Source: a bacterium (GTDB lineage: Bacteria > Patescibacteriota > WWE3 > 2-01-FULL-39-13 > JAACPI01). Taken from it: 64,000 bases of DNA. The notes below the pieces were generated by a model that was not told the origin of the DNA, searched no databases, and saw only the letters and a program-made list of their open reading frames with translations. The DNA lies in contig JAACPI010000003.1 in NCBI GenBank assembly GCA_009995545.1, positions 5,781-69,780 on the forward strand, written 5' to 3'. Below are positions 19,934 through 27,941 of this stretch, in pieces (position 1 is the first letter of the stretch; every line of letters starts with the position of its first letter). Made by a program: the position numbers and the translations under genes.

Positions 19934-21247
19934 CTAAGGGGTAAGTCTTTTAACTCCCCTATAGAGATAGGTCACTTCTCTCACATTTGGAATATCAAAT
20001 ATTTTCATTAACATTCTTGTAGGACCAAACCCAATTCCACCATGAGGAGGACAACCATACTTAAAAAAGTTTAAATAATGTTGTAAGGGCTCCAAGTGGA
20101 GACCTTTCTCTGTAGCTTGTTTTATTAAAACGTCATAACGGTGTTCTCGTTGCGCACCCGTTGTAATTTCAATACCGTTCCAAAGTAAGTCAAAACTTTT
20201 AGTTAATGTTGGATCCCCATCAACGCGCATATGATAAAAAGGTCTGACATCAATTGGGTATTCTGTAACAAACACAAACTCGTGCCCCTTTTCTTTCAAA
20301 ATATACTCAGATAATCTTCTTTCTTCTTCTGGACTTAAATCTCCGTCTTTTTCACTTGGAACATTAAGTTTCTTTAGTATCTTCTTAGCCTCAGACATAC
20401 TTACCTTAGGAAAAGGTGTGGTAGGAATTACTAATTTTCTACCATAAGATTTTTCAATCTCAGCCCCAAACTTTTGCTTAAGCTTCTCTATAACAAACCG
20501 TAGCATACGTTCCTCTTGCTCCATAACATCGTAGTGAGACTTTATAAATGAAATTTCAAAGTCGTAGCCTGTAAACTCAGTATCGTGCCTAGAAGTAAAG
20601 GAGGGATTAGCCCTAAACACCGGACCCACCTCAAATACCTTCTCAAAACCAGAGGCCATAGCCATTTGCTTATAAAACTGTGGGGATTGAGCCAAATAGG
20701 CAACTCTATCAAAGTATTTAACCTCGAATAGTTCAGCACCGGATTCACTAGGTGTGCTCATAAACTTAGGGGAGTGTATTTCCATAAACCCATCGTTTAC
20801 GAAAAACTCTCTCATGTATTGCTCCATCCAAGTCCACACTTTAAAAATAAGTGCTTTTTCAGGTTTCCTAAGGTCAATCCATCGCCAGTCTAATCTCGTG
20901 GGTTGCTCTGTTTCTGCATTACTTTTATCTATTATGGGAATTGGCAATTTTGGATCTGCTTTAGAAAGCACGGTTATGCTATCAATCTGAAGTTCCACCC
21001 CATTAGGGGCCTGTCTCTCCTCTTTTATAACCCCTATTACTTCTATTACAGACTCGTTAGCCAAGTCAGAAATTATTTTAAATGCCTCAGTCTTTTCTTC
21101 ACCGACTACTAATTGGGCAATACCAGTAATATCCCTTAGTAAAACGAATTTTATTCTCCCTTGGTCACGAATAGTGTGCACCCACCCCATCATAGTTACT
21201 TCCTCAGAGATTTTAGATTTTATATCTTGAACGTATACCCTTTTCAT
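19934..21247 (-). CDS. aspS: Aspartyl-tRNA synthetase, archaeal/eukaryotic type (no GAD insertion, 437 aa)
   Basis: N-terminal OB anticodon-binding domain. Class II motifs (FRANPSF, GGIGFGPTRM). The length is typical of the archaeal-type enzyme. Confidence 0.85.
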   Translation of the reverse strand: MKRVYVQDIKSKISEEVTMMGWVHTIRDQGRIKFVLLRDITGIAQLVVGEEKTEAFKIISDLANESVIEVIGVIKEERQAPNGVELQIDSITVLSKADPKLPIPIIDKSNAETEQPTRLDWRWIDLRKPEKALIFKVWTWMEQYMREFFVNDGFMEIHSPKFMSTPSESGAELFEVKYFDRVAYLAQSPQFYKQMAMASGFEKVFEVGPVFRANPSFTSRHDTEFTGYDFEISFIKSHYDVMEQEERMLRFVIEKLKQKFGAEIEKSYGRKLVIPTTPFPKVSMSEAKKILKKLNVPSEKDGDLSPEEERRLSEYILKEKGHEFVFVTEYPIDVRPFYHMRVDGDPTLTKSFDLLWNGIEITTGAQREHRYDVLIKQATEKGLHLEPLQHYLNFFKYGCPPHGGIGFGPTRMLMKIFDIPNVREVTYLYRGVKRLTP

Positions 21248-21600
21248 AAATCGTTTTCTTAATTACGTAGGGGTAAGTTTAAAAATACCCAAACGGAACA
21301 AAAAGCTAAAAAAGCTAAATTGATAATCCGTAAGGGCGTAGTAGAGTACTAACAGTACCTAATGTTACGCGGTGCCACCTCACTTTTTTCTAATGTTCTC
21401 ATTAGAAACTCTCACCTCAAACTAATAAGGTTTAACGCTGTAATGGGCGTTCCCATGGGGTTCTAATTTCGTAAAGATTTCTTCCCCAAGCTCATCGGTG
21501 TTTGCCGAATCATAGCTATATACGGTAATTATATACCTTTTGTCAAATTACTTCAAATAACCTCTCAAAGGATAGTAAACAAAAGAATGGAGCGAGAGAA
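21248..21600 (-). promoter_or_regulatory. Candidate T-box riboswitch leader of aspS
   Basis: The minus strand at 21383-21365 reads GTGAGGTGGCACCGCGTAA. This matches the T-box core AGGGUGGNACCGCG with N=C, which would pair a G73 discriminator. It lies ~120 nt upstream of the aspS ATG. A further 450-nt untranslated leader with raised GC follows. Confidence 0.4.
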
Positions 21601-21689
21601 CAGAACTGAAAAATACTGTTAAGACACAAATTAAGTAAAAATCATGTTAGCGTACTGTACAAAAAAGATACACCTTAACAAAAGCTTTA

Positions 21690-21760
21690 GTTCGAACAAC
21701 GTCCCATTGCCGACCCCATCATCCTATAGTATTTACAAATAACTCCTATTTTGATATAAT
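21690..21760 (+). promoter_or_regulatory. Repeat R2: pseudo-tRNA-His 3' half (GTTCGAACAACGTCCCATTGCCGACCCCA), CCTATAGTA, then promoter TTTACA(21732-21737)-N17-TATAAT(21755-21760)
   Basis: Near-consensus sigma70-type spacing. Orientation fits the downstream + genes at 21816 and 22068. Confidence 0.6.
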
Positions 21761-21815
21761 TACCCTAATATAGCAATCCGGCTATAAATTGGATTAAGAG
21801 TTTCAGGAGGGAAAT

Positions 21816-21998
21816 ATGCCGAATAGAGGTTGGTCGAAGAAGCGCTTGTTAAGTGCAGGGGCATTTCTAGCCACTTTGCTGATCTTCGCGATCCAGGCTG
21901 TAGTGGCAAAAAATGGAAGCCCCGATGACGTCGTGCTGGTCTCGGCCTTAATGGTGATCGTAACAGCCTATCTGGTGATTTTTGTACCAGGGAAATAA
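21816..21998 (+). CDS. Small membrane protein (60 aa, two TM helices)
   Basis: Strong SD (GGAGGGAAAT-ATG). Local GC ~50%. Downstream of the R2 promoter. Confidence 0.4.
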   Translation: MPNRGWSKKRLLSAGAFLATLLIFAIQAVVAKNGSPDDVVLVSALMVIVTAYLVIFVPGK

Positions 21999-22067
21999 GG
22001 CCAAGGATAGGGAAAAGTGAAGGGTACCTTACGGAACCTATAGGCAAAGCCTGTAGCCCTTCGATGG

Positions 22068-22862
22068 TTGGATAATCTAGAAAGGAGGTTTATCCTTCAA
22101 AAAAGATTGTTCAACCATTTCCGTGTAGTAAAAATCTTTTTAAAAATGCTTAAAAATTACACAAAACCATACTTACAGGAAATTGCCCATAATGTAATTG
22201 ACGAAGAAAAAGAATCCCGTACCGGTTACCAGGATATAGAAGTACAAGATGGTGAGCTATTTGACCCTTCATATGCTGAGTGGGAAATAGCAGAAAGTTG
22301 GGAGAGGCATTTGAAAATTTCTTTATCCACAAGGTTAGAAGAGGACAATATTGAAAATATACAAAAAACAGGAAAATTCCTGGCCACTTTCTTTGTAACA
22401 TTAGAAGAATTAAGAAAAAAATACAATTTTGAGAAAGCTATACCAGTAGGTGTTGTCTATAAATATACGGAAAAACGCAACCAAAAATTTATTATATTAG
22501 CAGACGAGGAATCTGGGACAATACACATATCATTTTTTGACTTAAACAGGCTACTAACAAAACCTCCCACCAAAGTACAAGCAGAAGGAACAACTTACAG
22601 TGGTACTTTAGAAGACTTTGCAAAGTTGTGCGCCGCAGAAGAGTTTTACCATATTGCTCACCCAGAATACGAGCAAAATATACTAGGTAATGTAAGCGCT
22701 GGTGTAAATTTGGTAGACTATGATGCACAAGAGGCTGAGTTTAACGCACTCCTTTTTCAACTCCACAATGCAATAGAATGGGATATGCCAGAACATACAG
22801 TAGAAAATATACGACAAAGGATTAATAGAGCTAAAAAAATTAGAGACAATCGGATTAAATAA
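22068..22862 (+). CDS. Hypothetical protein, paralog of 27172-27903. The ORF-track start is TTG, so the true start is uncertain.
   Basis: Shares FLATFFVTLEELRKKYNF...ILADEESGTIHISFF and VDYDAQEAEF...LLFQLHNAIEW blocks with the 27172 ORF. Confidence 0.45.
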   Translation: MDNLERRFILQKRLFNHFRVVKIFLKMLKNYTKPYLQEIAHNVIDEEKESRTGYQDIEVQDGELFDPSYAEWEIAESWERHLKISLSTRLEEDNIENIQKTGKFLATFFVTLEELRKKYNFEKAIPVGVVYKYTEKRNQKFIILADEESGTIHISFFDLNRLLTKPPTKVQAEGTTYSGTLEDFAKLCAAEEFYHIAHPEYEQNILGNVSAGVNLVDYDAQEAEFNALLFQLHNAIEWDMPEHTVENIRQRINRAKKIRDNRIK

Positions 22863-22885
22863 CCTCTTTTACAGATTTATGGGAC

Positions 22886-23004
22886 ATTAAATCCCCCACT
22901 CTAAACAAACAAATACTCCTTCACAAACACTTTGGTTCTAGTATCGTCCCATTGCCGACCCCATTATCCCATAGTATTTACAGGTATACCCTTTTATCGT
23001 ATAA
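22886..23004 (+). promoter_or_regulatory. Repeat R3, the full composite: ATTAAATCCCCCACT, AAACAAACAAATACTCCTTCACAAACACTTT, pseudo-tRNA 3' half, then TTTACA(22976-22981)-N17-TATAAT(22999-23004)
   Basis: Same architecture as R2, R4 and R5. Left parts recur at 19771-19812 and 29731-29765. Confidence 0.6.
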
Positions 23005-23060
23005 TTATTGTGTAACTGAATTTCGAGTTACATAGTCGTTTTAGCACGAGGAGAGAAGAA

Positions 23061-23435
23061 ATGAAAAGGTTAAACCTGATGTTTTTTTTCCTAGTCTTGG
23101 CAAGCCTCCTATTACAAGGCTGTGCCAGCTTCGGCAATACGAAGGTGAAAGATGCAGTCGTTAGGGACTGGATATTTTCAGTCGAAACACGAGTAAACGG
23201 GGTGACTACCGTTTGGCTCAGGAACGATGACACCGGGGTCTACTGCTTCACTAATGATATCGCTACTGCGAAGCAGCTAGAAGACCTCATGAAGTCGGAT
23301 CGAATGGTCACATTCCGGTACGGTGATGTAAAGTTTTTCAATAACAATCCGTGCTCTGGAGCAGAAGTAAGTGTCGATGGGAGTGGTTTCCACACCTTTG
23401 TTGTCACCCAAATCGTAGGGGACTTAAAGGAGTAA
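23061..23435 (+). CDS. Small lipoprotein (lipobox LLLQGC)
   Basis: MKRLNLMFFFLVLASLLLQGCASF. Higher GC than the host. SD GGAGAG. Confidence 0.5.
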   Translation: MKRLNLMFFFLVLASLLLQGCASFGNTKVKDAVVRDWIFSVETRVNGVTTVWLRNDDTGVYCFTNDIATAKQLEDLMKSDRMVTFRYGDVKFFNNNPCSGAEVSVDGSGFHTFVVTQIVGDLKE

Positions 23436-23565
23436 CTTAGATGAGCGGTAAGGACCGGCGGAAGATCCAACATGGATCGCCACGGAATATCTGACAAAAG
23501 TCAGACGCACATATAACATCCTTACAGTAGTACAATTTTTAGAACACTACCCTCTCCCTAACGAA

Positions 23566-24180
23566 TTAAAAGTTCGGTATTTTAATAATAATTCCCTCTT
23601 CAAGTAAAGAATCAGAATCTATATCCAGTAAATTTATTTTACTTAGTTTTTCTGCGTAGCTGGTTGAACCAAAAAATAACGTTGAAAGATTATTTAGGTT
23701 TTTAGGAGTATTTTTATTATTTACTTTATATGTAAAAACTTCAGAGTGCTGTTTTATGTCTTTCTCAAAAATTGGGTTAAAAACCATATCTTTTAACGAG
23801 GACTTGGAGATATCTCTAACTTCAAAATGTAAGTGAGGCTCTAAACAAGCCTCTCCTGTATCACCAGAGAACCCTATAACATCTCCAGTTTTAACTATTT
23901 GAGCGAGATTAACTGAAAAGACGCTTAGATGGGCATAAAGAGCTACTATATTACCATTTCTAATTGAAACAGTATTACCCATACCTTTATGAAATTCTTT
24001 TCTTACGACAATACCCCTGAAAGAGTTTAGTATTTTAGTTCCAACTGGAATATCAAAATCTAACCCAGGATGTTTATTACTGAAAATTTCGTAAAACTTC
24101 CCCTTATCGGAGTCCCCAGTAAAGTCTTTGCCAAAAGTGACAGATATTTTACCCTGTTCCAGAAGTTTTTGTAACTTCAT
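23566..24180 (-). CDS. M23-family metallopeptidase (lysostaphin/LytM-like)
   Basis: HxxxD and HxH blocks (GLDFDIP..., GDTGEACLEPHLHFEV). Confidence 0.7.
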   Translation of the reverse strand: MKLQKLLEQGKISVTFGKDFTGDSDKGKFYEIFSNKHPGLDFDIPVGTKILNSFRGIVVRKEFHKGMGNTVSIRNGNIVALYAHLSVFSVNLAQIVKTGDVIGFSGDTGEACLEPHLHFEVRDISKSSLKDMVFNPIFEKDIKQHSEVFTYKVNNKNTPKNLNNLSTLFFGSTSYAEKLSKINLLDIDSDSLLEEGIIIKIPNF

Positions 24181-24216
24181 ATGCTTATTTTAACACCAGA
24201 GGAGTGTAACAGGCTA

Positions 24217-24296
24217 AACAAACATTTTCGTTCGAATATCACTCCATTAACGTCCCACCCTATAGTATTTACACCGAACCTCATTTGACATATAAT
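24217..24296 (+). promoter_or_regulatory. Repeat R4: TTCGTTCGAATATC...CGTCCCACCCTATAGTA, then TTTACA(24268-24273)-N17-TATAAT(24291-24296)
   Basis: Same promoter module. Faces the + gene at 24387. Confidence 0.55.
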
Positions 24297-24386
24297 ATAT
24301 GTATTTAGTGGCAATTCGATGCACTAATCAGAACATTCAAAACCTGTTACTTAATAATTGATTTTCTAGCATATAGGAGAAGAGAG

Positions 24387-25619
24387 ATGTCAGATCGAAG
24401 ACTTGGCGCATGGGACTGTGAGTATTGTAGTCGCACCAAAATCTGGGGAAATGTATATACATGTCCAGGATGTGGTAACCCAAGGAGCAAGGGAGTGAGG
24501 TTCTACCTACCCTCTGATGCCCCTTTGGTGACACCGGAGATTGCAGAACAATTGGGGTCCGGAGATCCTAACTGGTATTGCGAACATTGTAATTCCGGAA
24601 ACACAGACACCAGAGATATTTGCTGGAACTGTGGAGCTCCGAAGGGATCTTCTCCCGTACATGAAACAAAAAATTTCATGGAAGGACAGACCCCCCGAAG
24701 TACTGCACAGGCTCGAGCAGCAGATCCAGATGGACGGTCTTGGGTGGCAAAAAGTGATAGAAACGGCCGAACCACTACAACTTCACCTTCAAGAGAACCT
24801 AATAAGCCTGAGCAATATAGTTGGGCTTCTCTAGTGAGTTCTCCGAAGACGTTCACTAATCAGGCTAAATCCATAATAAGCTCGGGGAAAAATCCAGCTT
24901 ACTTAGGGGCAGCTCTAGGGGTTTTGGGAGCAATTCTGATAGCATTTCTAAGCTACAACCTGTTCTTTAAACCCCACGAGGAAACTGCTATAGTTAGCTC
25001 GTTCCAGTGGGAACAGAGCGTGGTTTTACAGCAGTTTTCCACCGTTCGCGAAACAGCATGGACAAGTACACCCTCAGGGGCGTACAACATCCAATCTGAC
25101 TACAGGGATACTGGCCGCGATCTAAAAGTCCACGACGGATGGGAGACAGTCAGTTACTCGGACACTTGTTACCGTAGCGAAAGCTACACCGACACGTGCA
25201 CCAGGTCTGTCTACAACTCCCGGACGTGTACAGGGAATCGCGACAATGGAGACGGATCCTTCAGCAGTTATACCTATGACTGCGGGAGCAGCGGTACGGA
25301 GACATACTCGTGTAGTAAAACGAGAAGTGTCCCATATAGCTGCACCAAGACCCGTCAAGAAGAGTTGTACCATTATGAGGACATATGGGACAACTGGCAC
25401 GAGTTCGACATTGATAAGTGGACCCATGTGACAACGTATCCCACACGGGGTAATAATCACAGACCCCACTTTCAAGAGGTAAATCTCCAAAACCCCTACT
25501 TGGGTGGGAACCCGATACTTGGTCAGCAGAAGCTGATTCAGATCCCGGGAAGCTATTCCATAACCTTTGCGTGCGAAAACAAAAAATCACTCGGCTCGTT
25601 CTTAAACCAAAATTTTTAA
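24387..25619 (+). CDS. Membrane protein with two N-terminal cytoplasmic CxxC...CxxC zinc ribbons, one TM helix, and a Ser/Thr/Tyr/Cys-rich extracytoplasmic domain
   Basis: CEYCSRTKIWGNVYTCPGCGNP and YCEHCNSGNTDTRDICWNCGAP. TM helix AYLGAALGVLGAILIAFLSY. GC ~48%. Several antisense ORFs are artefacts of that GC. Confidence 0.5.
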   Translation: MSDRRLGAWDCEYCSRTKIWGNVYTCPGCGNPRSKGVRFYLPSDAPLVTPEIAEQLGSGDPNWYCEHCNSGNTDTRDICWNCGAPKGSSPVHETKNFMEGQTPRSTAQARAADPDGRSWVAKSDRNGRTTTTSPSREPNKPEQYSWASLVSSPKTFTNQAKSIISSGKNPAYLGAALGVLGAILIAFLSYNLFFKPHEETAIVSSFQWEQSVVLQQFSTVRETAWTSTPSGAYNIQSDYRDTGRDLKVHDGWETVSYSDTCYRSESYTDTCTRSVYNSRTCTGNRDNGDGSFSSYTYDCGSSGTETYSCSKTRSVPYSCTKTRQEELYHYEDIWDNWHEFDIDKWTHVTTYPTRGNNHRPHFQEVNLQNPYLGGNPILGQQKLIQIPGSYSITFACENKKSLGSFLNQNF

Positions 25620-25683
25620 ACAAACAAACTCTAACAAATACTTTTAAATAGTAAATTTCTGAAGTATTTTAAATACATGAACC

Positions 25684-25998
25684 TTGGTGATTTTATTTCC
25701 TTTGCAAGTCTGGGGGGGGGGCGAAATTGGTTTTGATGGTTTAACGGTATCAACAAATTTTGGAGAAATAATGTTATACTCCGGGTATGCCCACAGTGAT
25801 AAATGCAACAGGGTTTTTTGTAATTTCGCAGACACAAACGAGCAGATAGAGTGTGTCTACAACACTAGCGGGGAATTACTAATTTTTAAAAAAGACGACA
25901 AAGTATTATTTCAATTAGAGACAGGTATAGAAACTGATCCGGCAATCGAACTCAGAAGTAGCAATAATTGGTCTCTCGGGGCTTATTGGACCAGGTAA
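25684..25998 (+). CDS. Possible small protein (104 aa) whose 5' end contains the G10 tract. The start may instead be the internal Met, after the tract.
   Basis: ORF has protein-like composition. No homology recognised. Confidence 0.25.
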   Translation: MVILFPLQVWGGGEIGFDGLTVSTNFGEIMLYSGYAHSDKCNRVFCNFADTNEQIECVYNTSGELLIFKKDDKVLFQLETGIETDPAIELRSSNNWSLGAYWTR

Positions 25999-26006
25999 TT
26001 ATAGGC

Positions 26007-27065
26007 CTATCTGGCATATATTGAATTAAACTCTTGAATCAGAGAAATATTTGAAAGGTAGTTTTTATACATGTCCACGTAGGTATCTTCATAAATAAGA
26101 TCGCGGTTTCCATAGCCAAATGTTTGATCAACTTTGTATTTCCCGTCTCCCATAGAATCGTACTGATACTCATATGCAGGGGTGCCAAAACTTCCTAGGT
26201 CAACCCATCTTTTTCTAATTCCTAGTACGGTAACTTCGCTGTCATTGTCAATGCCACCTACCCAGGTACGTTTATCAGAATCAGTTAAAAATAAATAAGA
26301 ATATTTACTATTAACTGATTTAAAAACTCTTGCTGTAGTTTTTCCATAAATGGCGGCTTCAAACTGCCATGTTAATGTTAAATTTTTAAAGTTGGGTTTA
26401 TCACTTTGCTCTATATAAATATCTTCGGGTGGAAGTAATTCTTCTTTTTTAGACGAGTACATCTTGCCTATTATTTTTAAGGGCTCCTCAACTATAAGTT
26501 CTGTATATGTTTTATCTGTGGCACTTTCCATAGCGGTACCATAGAACACTTCAATTCCTGAGATTTTATCTTCAATTTTAAGGGTGGTTTTAATTTGCGT
26601 TGAAATAAAATACTGAAGCTCTAGAGGAAGCATTATACTCCACTCACTATAACCTTTGTCATTCCACTTAGGCTGTTCATTACCTTCCTCATCCACTCTA
26701 TATTTATAAGCTCTAAGCAAACGATACAAACCTTGAGATTTGCTTTGGAAAAAAGAAGATACTAAATACCTTCCCTTATAATCTTTAATGTAAGCAATTA
26801 ATCTTGGAACTTCGTTGTTTGCAATTTTAAATTTGTCGGATAAATAAATCTTTCTATCCCCTACTGTTACCTGGTATTTAGGAAAAAGTTTGTGATTAAT
26901 TAAATCTTGTGCAGTAAGATCTTTACCATTAAAGGGGCGGGCGTGAAAATAAGACTTTTCTAAAGCATCTTTAAACATTACTACATTATATAACAGGAAA
27001 TAATAAATACCTTTAGTAGACATCTGATTAGAGTCCCCCCCCCCTTCTACTAAGACAGACCTCAT
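26007..27065 (-). CDS. Hypothetical protein with a G9 tract (on the minus strand) in codons 8-10 (GGG). Alternative start MSTKG lies downstream of the tract.
   Basis: 352-aa ORF. C9 at 27036-27044 on the plus strand. Confidence 0.4.
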   Translation of the reverse strand: MRSVLVEGGGDSNQMSTKGIYYFLLYNVVMFKDALEKSYFHARPFNGKDLTAQDLINHKLFPKYQVTVGDRKIYLSDKFKIANNEVPRLIAYIKDYKGRYLVSSFFQSKSQGLYRLLRAYKYRVDEEGNEQPKWNDKGYSEWSIMLPLELQYFISTQIKTTLKIEDKISGIEVFYGTAMESATDKTYTELIVEEPLKIIGKMYSSKKEELLPPEDIYIEQSDKPNFKNLTLTWQFEAAIYGKTTARVFKSVNSKYSYLFLTDSDKRTWVGGIDNDSEVTVLGIRKRWVDLGSFGTPAYEYQYDSMGDGKYKVDQTFGYGNRDLIYEDTYVDMYKNYLSNISLIQEFNSIYAR

Positions 27066-27070
27066 AGACC

Positions 27071-27115
27071 CTATAACCCTATAGTATTTACAAGTAACCT
27101 ATTCTAGGGTATATT
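27071..27115 (+). promoter_or_regulatory. Repeat R5: CCCTATAACCCTATAGTA, then TTTACA(27087-27092)-N17-TATATT(27110-27115)
   Basis: Same promoter module. Faces 27172. Confidence 0.55.
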
Positions 27116-27171
27116 TATTGTAACTAAAATCCGAATTATAAATCCTTGGTATCAATAAACTTTTAAAAATA

Positions 27172-27903
27172 ATGAATCCGCAAATACCAAAAGAAGAACC
27201 TACCGTTTCCGAGGCACAAATTCCAGATAGCGGCTTTGAGATGGAAATAACAGATAGGGATCTTATCAACGTGTCAGACCCTAGCTGGAAAGACACCCAA
27301 ATGTGGGTGAATCAACTTAGTATGTCTATGGAATCTCGCAATTTGGAATACTCAGAAGACGAAATTCTAGTTGCGGCAAGATACTTAGCTACATTTTCGC
27401 AGACACTAGAGGAACTAAGGGGGAGGTTTAACTATCCAAATGTAATACCTATAAACATTGTTTATAGGTACCAGGAGAAAAACAACCGAGCCTTTATGAT
27501 CCTTGCGGATTCAAAATCAAGAACAGTACATATCTCCATCATTGCTTTGATGAAGTTTTTTAGAGGATTGTCTAGTATAGAAGAAGATTTTTTTTACTAC
27601 AAACTGGGAGACACAATAGCATTTAATGGCACTTTAATGAATTTTGCGAGGCTTAATGCAGTCGAAGAATTCGACCACGTGACGAATTCTGCAGGCAGAT
27701 CAAATAGCCTTTGGTTGGTTAATGAGGATAACCCAATAGTCGAATATGATGCGCAAGATGTTGAGCACAGCGGGCTGTTATTACAGCTACAGTTAGCTGT
27801 TGAGTGGAAAATGCCCTGGACAACTATAAACCCACTGGGCGACAGGTTACACAACGCTATAGAGTTAAGAAGAAGTAGAAGGAGTAGTACTGTTAAAAAA
27901 TAA
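27172..27903 (+). CDS. Hypothetical protein, paralog of 22068-22862
   Basis: Aligned blocks YLATFSQTLEELRGRFNY...ILADSKSRTVHISII and VEYDAQDVEH...LLLQLQLAVEW. Confidence 0.45.
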   Translation: MNPQIPKEEPTVSEAQIPDSGFEMEITDRDLINVSDPSWKDTQMWVNQLSMSMESRNLEYSEDEILVAARYLATFSQTLEELRGRFNYPNVIPINIVYRYQEKNNRAFMILADSKSRTVHISIIALMKFFRGLSSIEEDFFYYKLGDTIAFNGTLMNFARLNAVEEFDHVTNSAGRSNSLWLVNEDNPIVEYDAQDVEHSGLLLQLQLAVEWKMPWTTINPLGDRLHNAIELRRSRRSSTVKK

Positions 27904-27941
27904 GTATCTAACTATAATCAATATATACCCTCAATAAATCA

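Noticed and set aside
20542-21112. Small ORFs 20542-20748(-), 20754-20990(+), 20903-21112(+)
   Set aside because: They are embedded in or antisense to aspS, whose frame carries conserved class II synthetase motifs.
21395-21414. Perfect 8-bp hairpin TTCTAATG-TTCT-CATTAGAA in the aspS leader as a terminator
   Set aside because: The T-run precedes rather than follows the stem on the plus strand. On the minus strand an A-run follows. More likely a structural element of the putative T-box leader than an intrinsic terminator.
21760-22047. 95-aa minus-strand ORF (Arg/Pro-rich)
   Set aside because: Antisense to the 21816-21998 + ORF, which has a strong SD and TM-protein character. The minus frame is a low-complexity, GC-driven artefact.
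22068-22070. TTG start assigned to the 22068 ORF
   Set aside because: Not rejected as a gene, but the TTG start is doubtful. An in-frame ATG lies at 22146, and the upstream ATG at 22064 hits a stop. Start left uncertain.
24503-25623. Antisense ORFs 24503-24856(-), 25122-25490(-), 25261-25623(-), 25246-25431(+)
   Set aside because: They lie inside the well-supported high-GC gene 24387-25619. High GC suppresses stop codons in off-frames. No motifs.
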